This document shows, piece by piece, positions 50,149 through 62,299 of a DNA stretch of 64,000 bases. The stretch covers positions 49,726,001-49,790,000 of the forward strand of contig NC_045696.1 of assembly GCF_009834535.1 (NCBI RefSeq), written 5' to 3'. The stretch's first letter is position 1, and every line of letters starts with the position of its first letter. This DNA is from Camelus ferus (Eukaryota). The notes beneath the pieces were generated by a model. It had not been told where the DNA came from. It saw only the letters and a list, made by a program, of their open reading frames with translations, and did no database searches. Both the position numbers and the translations under genes were made by a program.

Positions 50149-52621
50149 GTCAGTAGCAAACAGGAATGTGCTAGTTGTTCGTTATTTTTATTTTTTTCAA
50201 TTAAGTTCCGCTTACCTATGACTTTCTACTTCACATAGCATAAATTTGCATAAATTCGCATAAATTCTGGTCATTAGATGCGTTTTAAATAGAAATCTGC
50301 ATGCTGACAGTATATATTATTCTGTGCCAATCAGTTTAAAAATTCCTTGTTGGAATCCTTCTCCTCATTAACAATGAAAAACATTTCTGGGGTCCTTCTT
50401 TGTAACAAAAGAGAGCTATTATGGACATGTAACCGTCAAGATTGTAGCTGTTTTAAAAACAGCTGACATCTTTCCCTGCCTTCTCTGCTGCATCGTGAGT
50501 ACTGTTTGACCTCAAATGTATTTTTCTTAGCTTGATTTTATACTCCCATCCACAGATTTTTCTGTTCTCTGATTTGCTCCCCACCACTGCTCATCATTTT
50601 GTTTTTCTTTTTCTTTCTTAGTAACATTAAACTCATTAGCTTGATCACAGTAGTCAAACAAGACCCAAGATGCAGGGCATTTCAACATGTTCTCATACAA
50701 GCTTTGTAATTTTTTAAACTTTAGTGCCACATAGACCTTCTAGGTGAACTTCATCAGGTTATTCTTCAATCTTTTACGCTGGCCGTGTTGAACACAACCT
50801 CGCTACTTATCTTTGGAAACAAGACTTCCTAGGTGGAGAGTTTCGCAAACACCCGTAAGGCCACTTAATATTTCATAGCCTCTTGACAGCTGAGTTCTTT
50901 GCTCTAAACAGCGGCCCAAATAGACGTGACTCTGGGGAGACAGTCATTAACAGTCTGGGACCTCTAGAGGAGTCGCGTGATTAGTACTAAGTGACTAACA
51001 GTTTACGATTCCATGTGAGTAGCAAAGAAGACTAGTTCATTCATGTTACTACGTCTGTACCTTCTTGGAAATGGGCAGCTTGGACAAGATCAGTTAAAAG
51101 AGCACAGCCTTGAAAATGTGTATGATGTCCTTGCATACAAAAATGTTTGATACCTCTGAGTGTCACTAGGTTATGAAAAATTACAGGTGAAACTTTTCAG
51201 TGTATTGCACAGGTTGAAAGCACCTTCATAAAAAGTACCCAGTACAGACAGGTTAAACTACAGCATAACAGTTTGAATATCTGTAGTTTTTACAGTATTG
51301 AATCAAAGCTTCAAAAATGTTTCTTCCCCTTTACTCATTATATTGTGTACAACTTAATTTGCTGTAAGATCATCAAATTTCCTGACCCTCAGTGTCACAG
51401 TTCTCTGGAAATCTTGTGATAAAAATGATTGGGAAAAGAATAGTATTTGTAAAATTATTTTAGTTTGTAATTTTTTGTGCATTTATGCCAGTTCACAAAA
51501 GAGATTGGGAAACATTTTTATATTTGTTTACTCTATTCCAGCTTTCTTTATTACTGAAGATTTTACGCAGTCACCATAATACTTTATTTGGAGTCAGAAG
51601 CGTGATTATGTACTTTGTTCTGCCTTCCTTTAGTTACCCAGTTATTGCTACTATTCTTTACAAATATTGCTTCAAAAAAAATTTGGTAGATTCTATTAAT
51701 AACCTGAAGTCAGGCTGATATAAATAATTACTGTTTGCTTAATCTAGATTCTGTAGAAAAACTTATAAATTTGTATACATTCCAAGGACTTTGACTACAA
51801 ATGAGGAAAGGAAATGATGCAGACAGCCTATTCCACTAATTGAAGGCAAAGACTCTTTCCTCTTCCTTTCCAAGCAGAGTGCAAAATTCTTATCATAAAA
51901 CCCTTTTCTTAGAAGAGAAAAATGGCTTGTGGCAGCTTCTGTTCATCTTATATTAAGAGAGCTACTAATTCTTGTTTTCCAGAGATGGATGATGACCAAA
52001 ATAACTCTTCACCAGTCCCTTGTCTTAATCAGTAAAAAGTTCATTTATTTCATGAGAAGTCCATTCATACTCGGAACTTCCTGTGTTATTACAGCCCATT
52101 TCCCTTCGGACTTCAAACTCTCCAGAATAGCACTCCATTACAAAGCTTTTCCCAAGGCATGTAAGCTAGATTCAATAAAGTTGATTTTATTACAGCTAAC
52201 TTCATTAGGTGGCAAGTTAGACAAAATAGAAAATAAATGAATAGGAAGGAAATAATTTTCTTTCACTGTACGTTGTCCCAAATACTTAAGCAGAAATTGT
52301 AGAATGATTTTGTGCATATTACACTATGGATTTATGACTGGGCTTCTTACCCTTGAATCATTGTTCTGTAGGCAGAATACAGTTTTCATCTGATGTTGAT
52401 TTCATGGCCTGTGGCTTAATGTAGTTGATAGTGAGCTCACCAACCGAATCATTCTCTGGAATACAAGAAGTGTGGGGGACGAAAAAAAAAACAAAACTAG
52501 AGATAAATGAGCCTTTCATTTGCTAGGAGGCTCCTGGCTAGGATAGTTTTTTTGTGTTTTGATATTTATTCAGCTGAATGGTTGATTTTGGTTTCCTGAT
52601 TTTTTAAAAATTCTATTCAGT

Positions 52622-52890
52622 ATAAATAAAAGCAAAAATAAACAAATGGGATCTAATTAAACTTATAAGCTTTTGCACAGCAGAGGAAACCATAAGCAAA
52701 ACAAAAAGACAACCTACAGAATGGGAGAAATATTAGCAAAATATGAGAATGACAAGGGCTTAATTTCCAGAATATATAAACAGCTCATACAACTTAATAA
52801 GAAAAAAACAAATAACCCAATCCAAAAATGGGCAGAAGACCTAAACAAGCAATTCTCCAATGAAGACATACAAATGGCCAATAGGCACAG
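52622..52890 (+). mobile_element. Young-looking internal L1 ORF2 fragment
   Basis: aaatgggatctaattaaacttataagcttttgcacagc...aacccaatccaaaaatgggcagaagacc; peptide [36 protein letters not shown]. Confidence 0.92.
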
Positions 52891-52904
52891 GAGACCTTTT
52901 TTTT

Positions 52905-53040
52905 TCTTACTGGCTCTACAATTAGTTTGTTTTTAATCGACAAGTCATTCAACCTCTATGGCCCTCAGCATCCTCATGTATACAATGAGAAGGTTGTACT
53001 TGATGATTTCCATTGTATTTTTCCAAATTCCAAAAGTATG
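52905..53040 (+). mobile_element. MIR/MIR3 fragment
   Basis: gacaagtcattcaacctctatggccctcagcatcctcatgtatacaatgag MIR core. Confidence 0.7.
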
Positions 53041-55708
53041 CAAGTGAAGTGTTTGACGTAGTGCATCAGATGGAGAAACAGTAACAAGCCCTGAGCCCCG
53101 TTTAAATTTGCTTTCAAAGTTGGCCTTGAGCTGTCGTGAGATTATTACTGGTAATCAGGTTTCCTGGCCATACCACATCGCTTCTTCTATCCCTCTACCA
53201 GGCAAAGAAAACATAAAATTGGGCATTGAACTCCTGCCATATACATTATCAAAAAAGTTATTGGAAAAAGAAAAGGACTTCTGTTGAATTTCCTTTAGTG
53301 CAGCTGTTTTATTTCTTTTCACGCCTGGCCTTTGAACTTGCCAGCCACTAGAGATTTGTAATGTTCTTTTAGTGGAGAAGTTTAATTAAAATTTTTATTC
53401 AACTAGTCATATACTTGACTTTGAGCTTCCTGTATATATTATTCCATGCTCAATTAAACTACTCCTGTCCCCAAATTCCATCTCTTGAATTCTTGTTCTT
53501 ATCTAAAGTCTTGTAAAAGTCTTTTCCCTTCCTAAGTTGTTTTTCTTTCACAGTGTAAGTTTATATGCACATGTTTTAATGGTTTAGATAACTTGATCAG
53601 ATGATTACACCAGAAGAATCTGAGTGCTGAGTTTAGCTTTAATTTTCAACTTTCCTGCCTAGTGTGCTATTATTTTCATGCAGTGGTTTAAATATTTACT
53701 ACAAATAATTTAGTGACTCTTGTGACCTTCATGTGGTTAAAATAACACATGGTGCATATTACCCAGATGTAGAGTAAGTGACTGACTAGCGTGGTGTATC
53801 TATTGTGAGCCACATGCCCACTTTGGATGAAGATTCTTTATAAACTAAAAAAAAAAAAAAAAAAAAAAAAATGCTTATTAAAATTTCTATCTTAATAACA
53901 TTTAGCCACAAACCAAGCTAAATTGAAAGACCTGAAAAACTTGAGTACGGAGGCCATTGTGAATATATCTGCTGATGTTTTAAGACTACAGGTATTTTGT
54001 TTCAAGACATAACACTGGAGTTATAAGCATGAAATATCTGATAAACTTGAAATGTCACCCAGTGACTTCAAACCAAGACCACTTTCCGTTTGGCTAATTA
54101 AAATGTAAAGAAGTGTTAAGAAATGCTAAATATGTTTTTCAGATTTTCTTCAGCTTGAGAATCCACTGTGTTGACATAATAATCGTGTTGCTATAGTGTT
54201 GGTTGTAATTTCATGGTAGCCAATAGTCCTGTGAATCATCCCCAGAATAAAATTCATTCCAGAAGACAGAACTGTATTCCATTTGATTAAAAGACTTACT
54301 GTATCACTTACATGAAAAACTAGGGGAGGGAGTGATGTGTTTAAAGATAGAGCTCTAATTTATCATTTATTTCTTTACCCACTTATTTAGATCCAATTTA
54401 TCATATATTTCTTTATCCATTTATTTAATGTGTTGATTGAAAAAAAAATTCCCTGACACTTTTACCTTCGTAGAGCTGAGAGCCATATAGCCCAGCTGCC
54501 TTTTTCTTTTTGGTCATCAATTATTTACAAATTAGATTTTTTAAAAAATCTTCTATACATACCTCATTTATAGCTCTGAAAAAGGCTCCCAAAATAAGGA
54601 GGTGTTTTTTATTTTTTAAGTAGATTGGAGAATAATTTACACAACATGCACCACTCTGCACAGATACAGATTCATTCCTGCCTTCAGACATCTCATAGGC
54701 TGAAGAAGGCCTATTGTCGACCATCTGACTTTCATGATTTGTTTGTTCTTAAGTGTCCTGAAGATTGTTCCTCAAATAGCAGGGCTTAACCTTTTGAGTC
54801 ACTCTTTGTGCCTGATGAACGCTGTGGTTCTACTCTTTCTAGTAAATAGACGGGTCAACAATTTTAAGGGATTCATGGAAGCCCAGTTTAAGAATTCCAA
54901 TCTTCAAATGTTTTTGATGACTTTTCCCTTCAAAAGCATTATTTGAGCATGCATGCCTATATATATACACATAGGTCATATTATATTATAAATATATAAT
55001 ACATATTGCATACCTACTCAAAAAATATATATTCATTTTTAAGTAATGTACATATACTACTCTACTTGTATGTACACTCTACTTGTATGTACATTAGAGA
55101 ACATTTATTGAGAAATTGTAAAAGAAGAGAATAACTAAAAATAAATATAAAGAAGGTCTAATATTTCTCCCTCACATCCCAGTGGATTGTGTTGTATGCC
55201 ATTTGGGGCACATGTCTCCCTCTCAGAGACCTCTGAGCTGTTACGTATGCCACCTTTTGAACCTTTTTTTTTTAAATAGTCAACAACTTTGGAATCTTGA
55301 ATTTAATCTCTATACTAAAGTCTCATTTCATTTGAAAAATTGTGGAAAGTAGAAATTTATTCAAGAGACTATGTCACACCCTTGGTCTTATAATATTTTA
55401 TACTTCTTAATCCATTTTAAAGCCACCTGGTAGATTTAAAGCAGGAATTCCAACATCCAAAGAACAAACTAAAACCAACAGTGAAATGAACGTTGTTCCC
55501 CCCTGCCCCCACCACCCCAGTCCCTTATTTCATTCTAAGTCACTGTTTTGGGTTTAACTACAAAGGGAGGATTATCATGTTCTAACCCTGGTCAGTGTTG
55601 TAACTGGAAAGATACTTTGGGACTTTTTGCTTTTAATAATTTTTTCTTCACATTAAGAAGTCTGCAGCCATTCTGGAGTGTCTTGTTTTCATTCCCTTTT
55701 CTCCAAAG

Positions 55709-55864
55709 GATGCCGATCTGTTGGATGTCGAAAGCAAACACTTTGAAGACCTGGAATTCCAGCAGCTTGAGCGCGAGAGCCGTCTAGATGAGGAAAAGGA
55801 GAACCTGACCCAACAGCTCCTGCGTGAAGTGGCTGAGTATCAGCGGAACATTGTTACTAGAAAG
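55709..55864 (+). CDS. PHLDB2: PHLDB2 exon 7 (52 codons, DADLLDVESKHFEDLEFQQLE...IVTRK)
   Basis: ttttctccaaag| acceptor, AAG|gtactt donor; FEDLEFQQLE is a conserved PHLDB-family motif. Confidence 0.96.
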
Positions 55865-56820
55865 GTACTTTTGCCAGGTGTCTTTCAGCGACAAAGTCAA
55901 ACTACACCCCTCACTACGTGACAATACGATTGTTTATATAGCGATAGTGTGTGTCCTTCTGTCTGTTATCTGTTTTACCTGAATACCTTTGTGTGTTCAA
56001 TCACATGCCACATTTGGCAGCTTACGGAGCCTGCCATCTGTGAGTGGTGCTGCGAACTAGGTAAACTGAGACGTGTTACGGTCACTGTTACTTAATGCTG
56101 TAGATGCACTTATGAACTAATACCTAATTTTTTCTTTTATGTGAAAACCAAGGTAGAGAAAATTGGAAATCTAGATATATGTTTTAAATTACTTGCCTTT
56201 GCAGTCATGGTAACTAAACTTGGAATAATTCTATGCGCAGTCTTTTTGGAATGTCTCTGTTTCTGTTGCTCAGTAGTTCTCAAAGCCTGCCGATAGTTGG
56301 TTACTACTAGAAATAGCCTCGTGTAATGCCGTGCAGATTACTGCTTCCACCCAACCCTTAGCACCTAGATATCCAGCCCAAAATTCAGCTCTTGTTCCAG
56401 AATTTAGAATCACACCCCAGTGCTCTGTACTCAACTGATAAAACTAGGGAAACAAAGATGGAGAAAGTGACTTAAACTTTCGGTTTAAATAAGAAATTCC
56501 ATTGTTTTTTTTCCCATGAGGCATCTCCCAAGATGATGTCAAAAATTCATTTATATTCTAAAACTAGACTTCCTGTTGACTTCTGGGTTCTTGAAATAGA
56601 TTTTAAATCACTTAACCTTAGGTAGAGAAAAGCCTTGAACTTGGCAGTTCAAAGAAACTGCCTCACTGTCTCTGGGTAGTAATCACTGCCTAGCCACCAT
56701 CAGGGAAATGTGATCACTGCTCTTCTAGTTGTAAACACTTTTCCTCCCTTTTCTAGGGCAGTCTGACAAAACTTTTCATGTCTAATGTACATCTTTCTAT
56801 GGCCATCTTTTTTCCTCCAG

Positions 56821-56931
56821 GAAAAAATTTCTGCATTGAAAAAGCAAGCCAATCACATTGTCCAGCAGGCTCAGAGAGAACAAGATCATTTTGTGAAAGA
56901 AAAGAATAATCTGCTAATGATGCTGCAAAGG
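56821..56931 (+). CDS. PHLDB2: PHLDB2 exon 8 (37 codons, EKISALKKQANH...MMLQR)
   Basis: ttttcctccag| acceptor, AGG|gtaagt consensus donor. Confidence 0.95.
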
Positions 56932-58159
56932 GTAAGTATTCCCTTTTCGGTGCTGGTTGCAGTGACACATGGGCTCCAACTCAGGGAAAGTTGCCTCCAT
57001 CAAGGCAAGTGCCATTTAATAAAGAATAGTGAGCTCTAATTTAAGGAAGGATTGTCTATATACATTTTTATTTAATCCTCCAAATAATAATGAGTAAGAG
57101 CATTAATAAGCTGATGCTCTGTGAATGGTTAACTATAATTCAGAAAATAAGCAAAGATGTTTTCTTCATTTTTCTTCCATAATGTGAAAATCTAAACTAT
57201 GGAAAATCTGTTTGTCTTCTGATTTTCTTCTTTAAAAAAAGCTCATTTTTTTTTGTTGAATAGGCAAAATGCATTCTGCTCTTTTTACTGCTGTCAAACA
57301 TTTTGGCTCAGTTGCTCTGGAGTTTTGAACTCCAATTATCGGCATGTGGGTCTTCTCGGAGAATGCCACATTGGATTTAGCTTGGCTTAATTGGCAAAGT
57401 AGAAACCCCATGTGTGGCAAGATCATTCTCATTAAACAGACTATGCCCCCTTCTGTCCAGCACCTAAAGTGACTTTGCCTAACCTGCAGCCCAATTTTCT
57501 GATGTAGTCCCTGGTCTAATTTCAGGAGTAAGACAACAAAAATTAAAATTGATGGGGCTAGTCTCAGGACTGAGCCTTACCCGCAATCAATACCTGGAAT
57601 TTGACACTTGGGATCATGAAAATACGCGATCGGCCCAGAGTGGAGTGCAGGAGAAAGATCAAATCTAGAATGATGGATGAAGGATGAGGCTGTCCCATGG
57701 TCCCACCTAGAAGTGTAGTTGGAGCATTCCCAGTGTAGCTACTTAGCCATTTTTGGGTTGAGAACAGAGAAGAGATTGGTCCTTCATATAAAATGATGAG
57801 TTCACTTGGGGTGCCTCTGTAGCCCACATGGGACCCCTGACAGCTCCCCTCCTCCTGCTTCTTCAGCACCTAGAAATCTCCCATTGGAGCTGTATTTTCC
57901 AGCCCTGTGCTCAGCTCTGGGGGTGAACTCTGGTGCCATTAGCCTCCCCATCACCTTTTGCTCACAAGATTCAAAGGCACAACTCAAATTAGATAGTGTA
58001 ACACACAGTATTTCAGAAGGTTTTGAAATTTTAGTAAAAAGGGAAAAAGTCTCCAATGATGAATTTTTTTAAATAGGTGAACACAATAGGAATACTCTGT
58101 CCTCATTAAAATATATAAAATATGATTCTACTGTAAAAATTGTGGTTCGTAAGTCTTAA

Positions 58160-59506
58160 GATTTTTATTACCCCAAGTTGACCTATAGATGATCTCTATT
58201 CCAGTAAAAATCCTAATAGATGTTTTTGAAGAAATTGACAAGTTGACGCTGAAATTTACAGTCATTCTTCATTATTCGTGGAGTCCATATTTGTGAGTCC
58301 ACCTGTTCACTAAAGTTTATTTGTAACCTTAAAATAAGATTAATACTTGTCATGCAGTCACTGATGGACATGCACAGAGCAGTGAATGTTTTGAGTCACT
58401 TGATGGACATGCATGTTACCAGCTTAGGCTGAACAGGGCAATGCTCTGTGAACAAGTGTTCTGTTTGTGGATGGTTTAGTGCCATGTTTTCACATTTTTT
58501 GTGTTTTTTGTTAGTGATTTTGCTATTTAAAATGGCTCACAAGCCTTCTGCAAAAGTACTGTCTGGTGTTCCTAAGAGCAGGAGGGCTTGATGTGCCTTA
58601 TGGAGAAAATACAGGTGTTAGATAAGCTTCATTCAGGCTTGAATTATAGTGCTGTTGGCTATGAGTTGAATGTTAATGAGCCAACTTTATGTTAATAAGA
58701 TGTCTTTAAACAGAAACACACATAAAACAAAGTTATGTGTTGATCAATTGATGAAAATACTGTGACTATAAGCCCACAGGAACCCAGCCCTGTATTTCCC
58801 CTTGAAACAGTGGTTCAGGATTCACTAGTTCAGTGTTCGTGGCAACATGGCTACTGCAAATAATGAGAATAGACTGTACATGAAAATGTAAAAGGCATCA
58901 AACAGCCAAAACAAATTTGAGCAAGAAGAATAAAGTTGCAGGATTTATACTATTTGACTTCAAGTTTTACTCTAAAGCTGTAGTGTTTAAGATGGTGTGG
59001 TGCTGGTATACAAATAAACATATAGATAAGAGGAAACGAACAGAGTCCAGAAAGAGACGCCCACATGTACTGTTTATTGATTTTTGACAGGCTCCAAGAC
59101 AATCCACTAGGGAAAGGAAAGTGCTGGATCAAGTGGGTAAACATGGGAAAAAGTGAACCTCAACACCGTTCATCCTCACACCACACATATAAATTAATTC
59201 AAGACAGATTTTAGATCTAAACATAAAAATTAAAATGATAAATTTTCTAAAAGATATAGTGTGCAAGTGCTTCTTCTTGGCCTTGGGGTAAGCAAGGATT
59301 TCTTAAAGAGGAAATGACAAAGGACTTGTATCCAGAATATATGAGAAACGACTACAACTCAATAATAATAGATAAACAACCAATAAATAAATTTTTTAAA
59401 AATCAGACAAAAGACTTGAATACAAACACTTCACAAAAGAAGATATGAGAAGGGTCAATAAGTCACGTGGTAAAATATTCAGTCAGTAGTCGTCAGGGAA
59501 ATGCAA
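58160..59506 (+). mobile_element. Old L1M ORF2 3' region, interrupted by MER82
   Basis: ccccaagttgacctataga...gaaattgacaagttg, resuming aaacagccaaaacaa...aagaataaagttgcagg, ending cagggaaatgcaa. Confidence 0.8.
58259..58876 (-). mobile_element. MER82 (TcMar-Tigger) with TA target-site duplication
   Basis: TIRs cagtcattcttcattattcgtgg ... ctgcaaataatgagaatagactg flanked by TA at 58257-58258 and 58877-58878; interior follows the recalled MER82 consensus. Confidence 0.88.
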
Positions 59507-59542
59507 GGTTGAGTCAGCTTAATAGGTTTTGTGTTCCTTCAG

Positions 59543-59632
59543 GAAAAGGAAAATCTTTGTAATTTGGAAAAGAAGTACTCCAGCCTTTCAGGGGGGAAAG
59601 GGTTTCCTGTCAACCCCAGTACTCTGAAAGAG
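59543..59632 (+). CDS. PHLDB2: PHLDB2 exon 9 (30 codons, EKENLCNLEKKYSSLSGGKGFPVNPSTLKE)
   Basis: gttccttcag| acceptor, GAG|gtaagc donor; Y-x-x-L-[ST]-G-G-x-x-F-P motif of PHLDB proteins. Confidence 0.94.
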
Positions 59633-59830
59633 GTAAGCTATGATTTTATATGTCCACTGGTACCACCTTAGAAGTCAGGAGATGCACCTCAGTTCTATGT
59701 GATTCACTGACTAGGAAAAACACTAACAGAAATGACTTATGAAAGCACTCAATGCTTTGATGGTCTTCCTGCCTTTCATTATTTATGCTTTGAGGATTTC
59801 AGGGATTATCTTTGTGTCTAATGCAGATAC

Positions 59831-59832
<2 letters not shown>

Positions 59833-59890
<58 letters not shown>
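59833..59890. repeat. (TG)19 TT (TG)9 microsatellite
   Basis: Read directly. Confidence 0.98.
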
Positions 59891-59892
<2 letters not shown>

Positions 59893-60089
59893 TAGGTAAG
59901 TGAAGTAAATGCTCATCACATAATAGTTGTAACTAATGTGTGCCTCAGAAGTACTTCGTGAAATATTTCTGCAAAAGCTTTATTAGACTGTTCGGTTTCA
60001 TAGGTTTCATAGTTTCTCTCCATTATTTAGAACACAGATCCGGCAGATTCAGTAAATAAAGAGTGGTTGTGAATGGACTGTGGTGGAAT

Positions 60090-60430
60090 AAGGTTATGTT
60101 AGCGAGGTGGGCAGGGGCTGGGTCTTGCGAGTCATGTTAAAGAAATATGGTTTATTTTATGTAGATGGGAAGCTACTGAGTGGTTTTAAGCAGGAAGGTG
60201 ACATTATCTGAGGTCCATTTGTTAAATATCACTCTGGGCTGCTCTGTGGATTTTAAGAAGGAGATGCCGGGAAACCAGTATGGCGGTGATGGAGATAGTA
60301 TAGGCCAGAGATGCTGGTGGCCTGGATTCAAACAAATGAAGAGAGATGGAGAGAATTAGCTGGATGTAGAAATACTCACAAGAGGACAGTGGCCTTTTAA
60401 TTTTCATTTTGTTGAGATGCCTAAAAGCTA
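60090..60430 (-). mobile_element. L2 fragment
   Basis: gtagatgggaagctactgagtggttttaagcaggaaggtgacattatctga...atcactctgggctgctctgtgga reverse L2. Confidence 0.75.
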
Positions 60431-60959
60431 GATTCCATGGCAAATAAATTCATGCTTTATAAATATCTTAGTGCAAAACCCAAGAACCAGTAGTCTACAT
60501 TTCTTCACTGTCTGATTTGTCAGGGAGCAGTAGAGGGGAGAATCTAGGAATAAAGATTTGTGGAAAAGCCTCTTGAATTAGAGAGTGATTGCGTTGTCGA
60601 TTTTATATCTTGGATTTATTTTGCCTGCGATTGTTTTAAATGCTGTGTAGTAACAACCTTATTCAGTCAACGGAATGGATGCTGATACTGATGGATACTT
60701 TTAAATCAAAGCTATTTACAATAGAGTCATTTTGATTTCACCTGAAATTTTACTTTTAGTGTTTGAAATCTCATTTTCAAGATTAAGCACCATAAATCCA
60801 TTTTAATTGCTCATGATTGCCTTAATGAAACATTTGATAATACCACAGAGACCAGGCTGTGCCGCTCTGAGCTAACTCCATTGTACTGGGACCATTAATA
60901 CTCTTGCATGCCTCAGCTCTTGCTTTCCTTGTGTTTAACTTCTGAATTCCTCCTTTTAG

Positions 60960-61103
60960 GGCTATATCATTGTAAATGAAATTAATGAGCCATGTGGCAA
61001 TTCCACGAATCTCTCCCCTTCCACTCAGTTCCCTGCTGACGCTGACGCTGTTGCCACTGGGCCTACCACAGCTGTGCTGGTCAGCCAGCCACAAAATAAA
61101 GAG
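60960..61103 (+). CDS. PHLDB2: PHLDB2 exon 10 (48 codons, GYIIVNEINEPCGNSTNLSP...SQPQNKE)
   Basis: tccttttag| acceptor, GAG|gtgtgt donor; matches the recalled human sequence GYISVNEINEPCGNSTNLSPSTQFPADADAV. The ORF track shows a different frame here. Confidence 0.9.
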
Positions 61104-61726
61104 GTGTGTTGGCATGCCATTTCATTTGTTCACTGCTTTTCTCATGTCAGAAATTAACCCACGGTTACCTGAAAACGAGGGTATGGGAGACAAGGACATG
61201 TCTGGTTGACCAGAGGGCCAGGGTGATGCTGAGTTTGAGAAACAGACCGATTCGGGGGTAGTGCTCTACCAATGATCCTGGAAACCAGGAAACTTGGTAC
61301 AGAGTATGCAGCACCAGGAGAAGTAAGCTCAGAAAAGAAACTACATATCAGCACTCTAGCCCAACCTAGTTTTCTTAGAAACCACAAAGCCTTTCTAAAA
61401 TTGTTGGTTTGAATCATCTTTCCAGTTTGATTTTGTCTTCTGTTTTGTTTTGCAGTATGGATTTTTTGTTTGTTTGTTTAATGCTATGCTGCCTTAAAAC
61501 ATGTGGGCAGGGGCAGTTAATAGTAAATTAAAACACCTCGTACTGATTCAAGTTGCTCACAGTGTAGGATTTTAACAAGAGGCTAAATTGAAAAATACTG
61601 CCCATCATTTATGACTTCTTGGGTAACATTTAAGAAAACAGAACAATCATATTATCAATTTCATTTCTTTGTCTTAATCTTTCATTTCATATGGACACAT
61701 ATATACTTTTTCTTTCTCCTATAAAG

Positions 61727-61912
61727 CAAAGATCACCTGTCTGTTCTGGATTTATGTTTCCTTCCACCCTTTCTCCTCATCCTATCACTCAACCTCCATC
61801 AGCCTCTTGGCCTGAAGTCGTGGCTACATCTGTCGATCCTTCCCCTTTAAATGACACACCTCCTCCTCTACCAGCTAAGAAACACAGGAGGCAGCAGCAG
61901 CAGGAGCAGCAG
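61727..61912 (+). CDS. PHLDB2: Candidate alternative PHLDB2 exon '10b' (62 codons, QRSPVCSGFMFP...DTPPPLPAKKHRRQQQQEQQ)
   Basis: Pyrimidine tract ttttctttctcctataaag|, strong CAG|gtaatt donor at 61913, 186 nt, phase 0/0, no stop codon. Confidence 0.7.
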
Positions 61913-62299
61913 GTAATTAGGAGCTGGTGGTCAGAGTGTGGGAATGTTATCTCCACAAAAGAGTTACTTATGGGAAATCTCTTCTTCAACTTTTCCAAAG
62001 GTATTTTTTAAAAAAACAAGGTGCATACTCCTTTTTTTTAAAGGACATTTTTTATTATGTCCTAAGAGTGTGGGGATTGTTAGAAAGTTTGAGACTTTGA
62101 TTGTCCCCTCCTGGCGTTTGGCATGTTTGACCTAGCTTCACATCCTCATGCTTCAGATCCCATTCAACCAAAATACTGCAACTTGCCTCGGATATTCTTC
62201 AAAATAATAATTATTTCCATAATATCCACAGTGTAAAAAGTTGCTGTGTCAACACAAAATATTTTCCTTACACATTATTGAAGCCATAATAGACAGCAT

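Noticed and set aside
53847..53871. Pure A25 tract as a possible retro-insertion tail
   Set aside because: No element body upstream and no TSD; treated as a simple mononucleotide run.
61192..61204. p53-type half-site GGACATGTCT
   Set aside because: No adjacent second decamer; single half-sites are expected by chance.
60976..61209. 77-aa ORF with a signal-peptide-like hydrophobic stretch
   Set aside because: Alternative frame over PHLDB2 exon 10; the splice-compatible frame is GYIIVNEINE.
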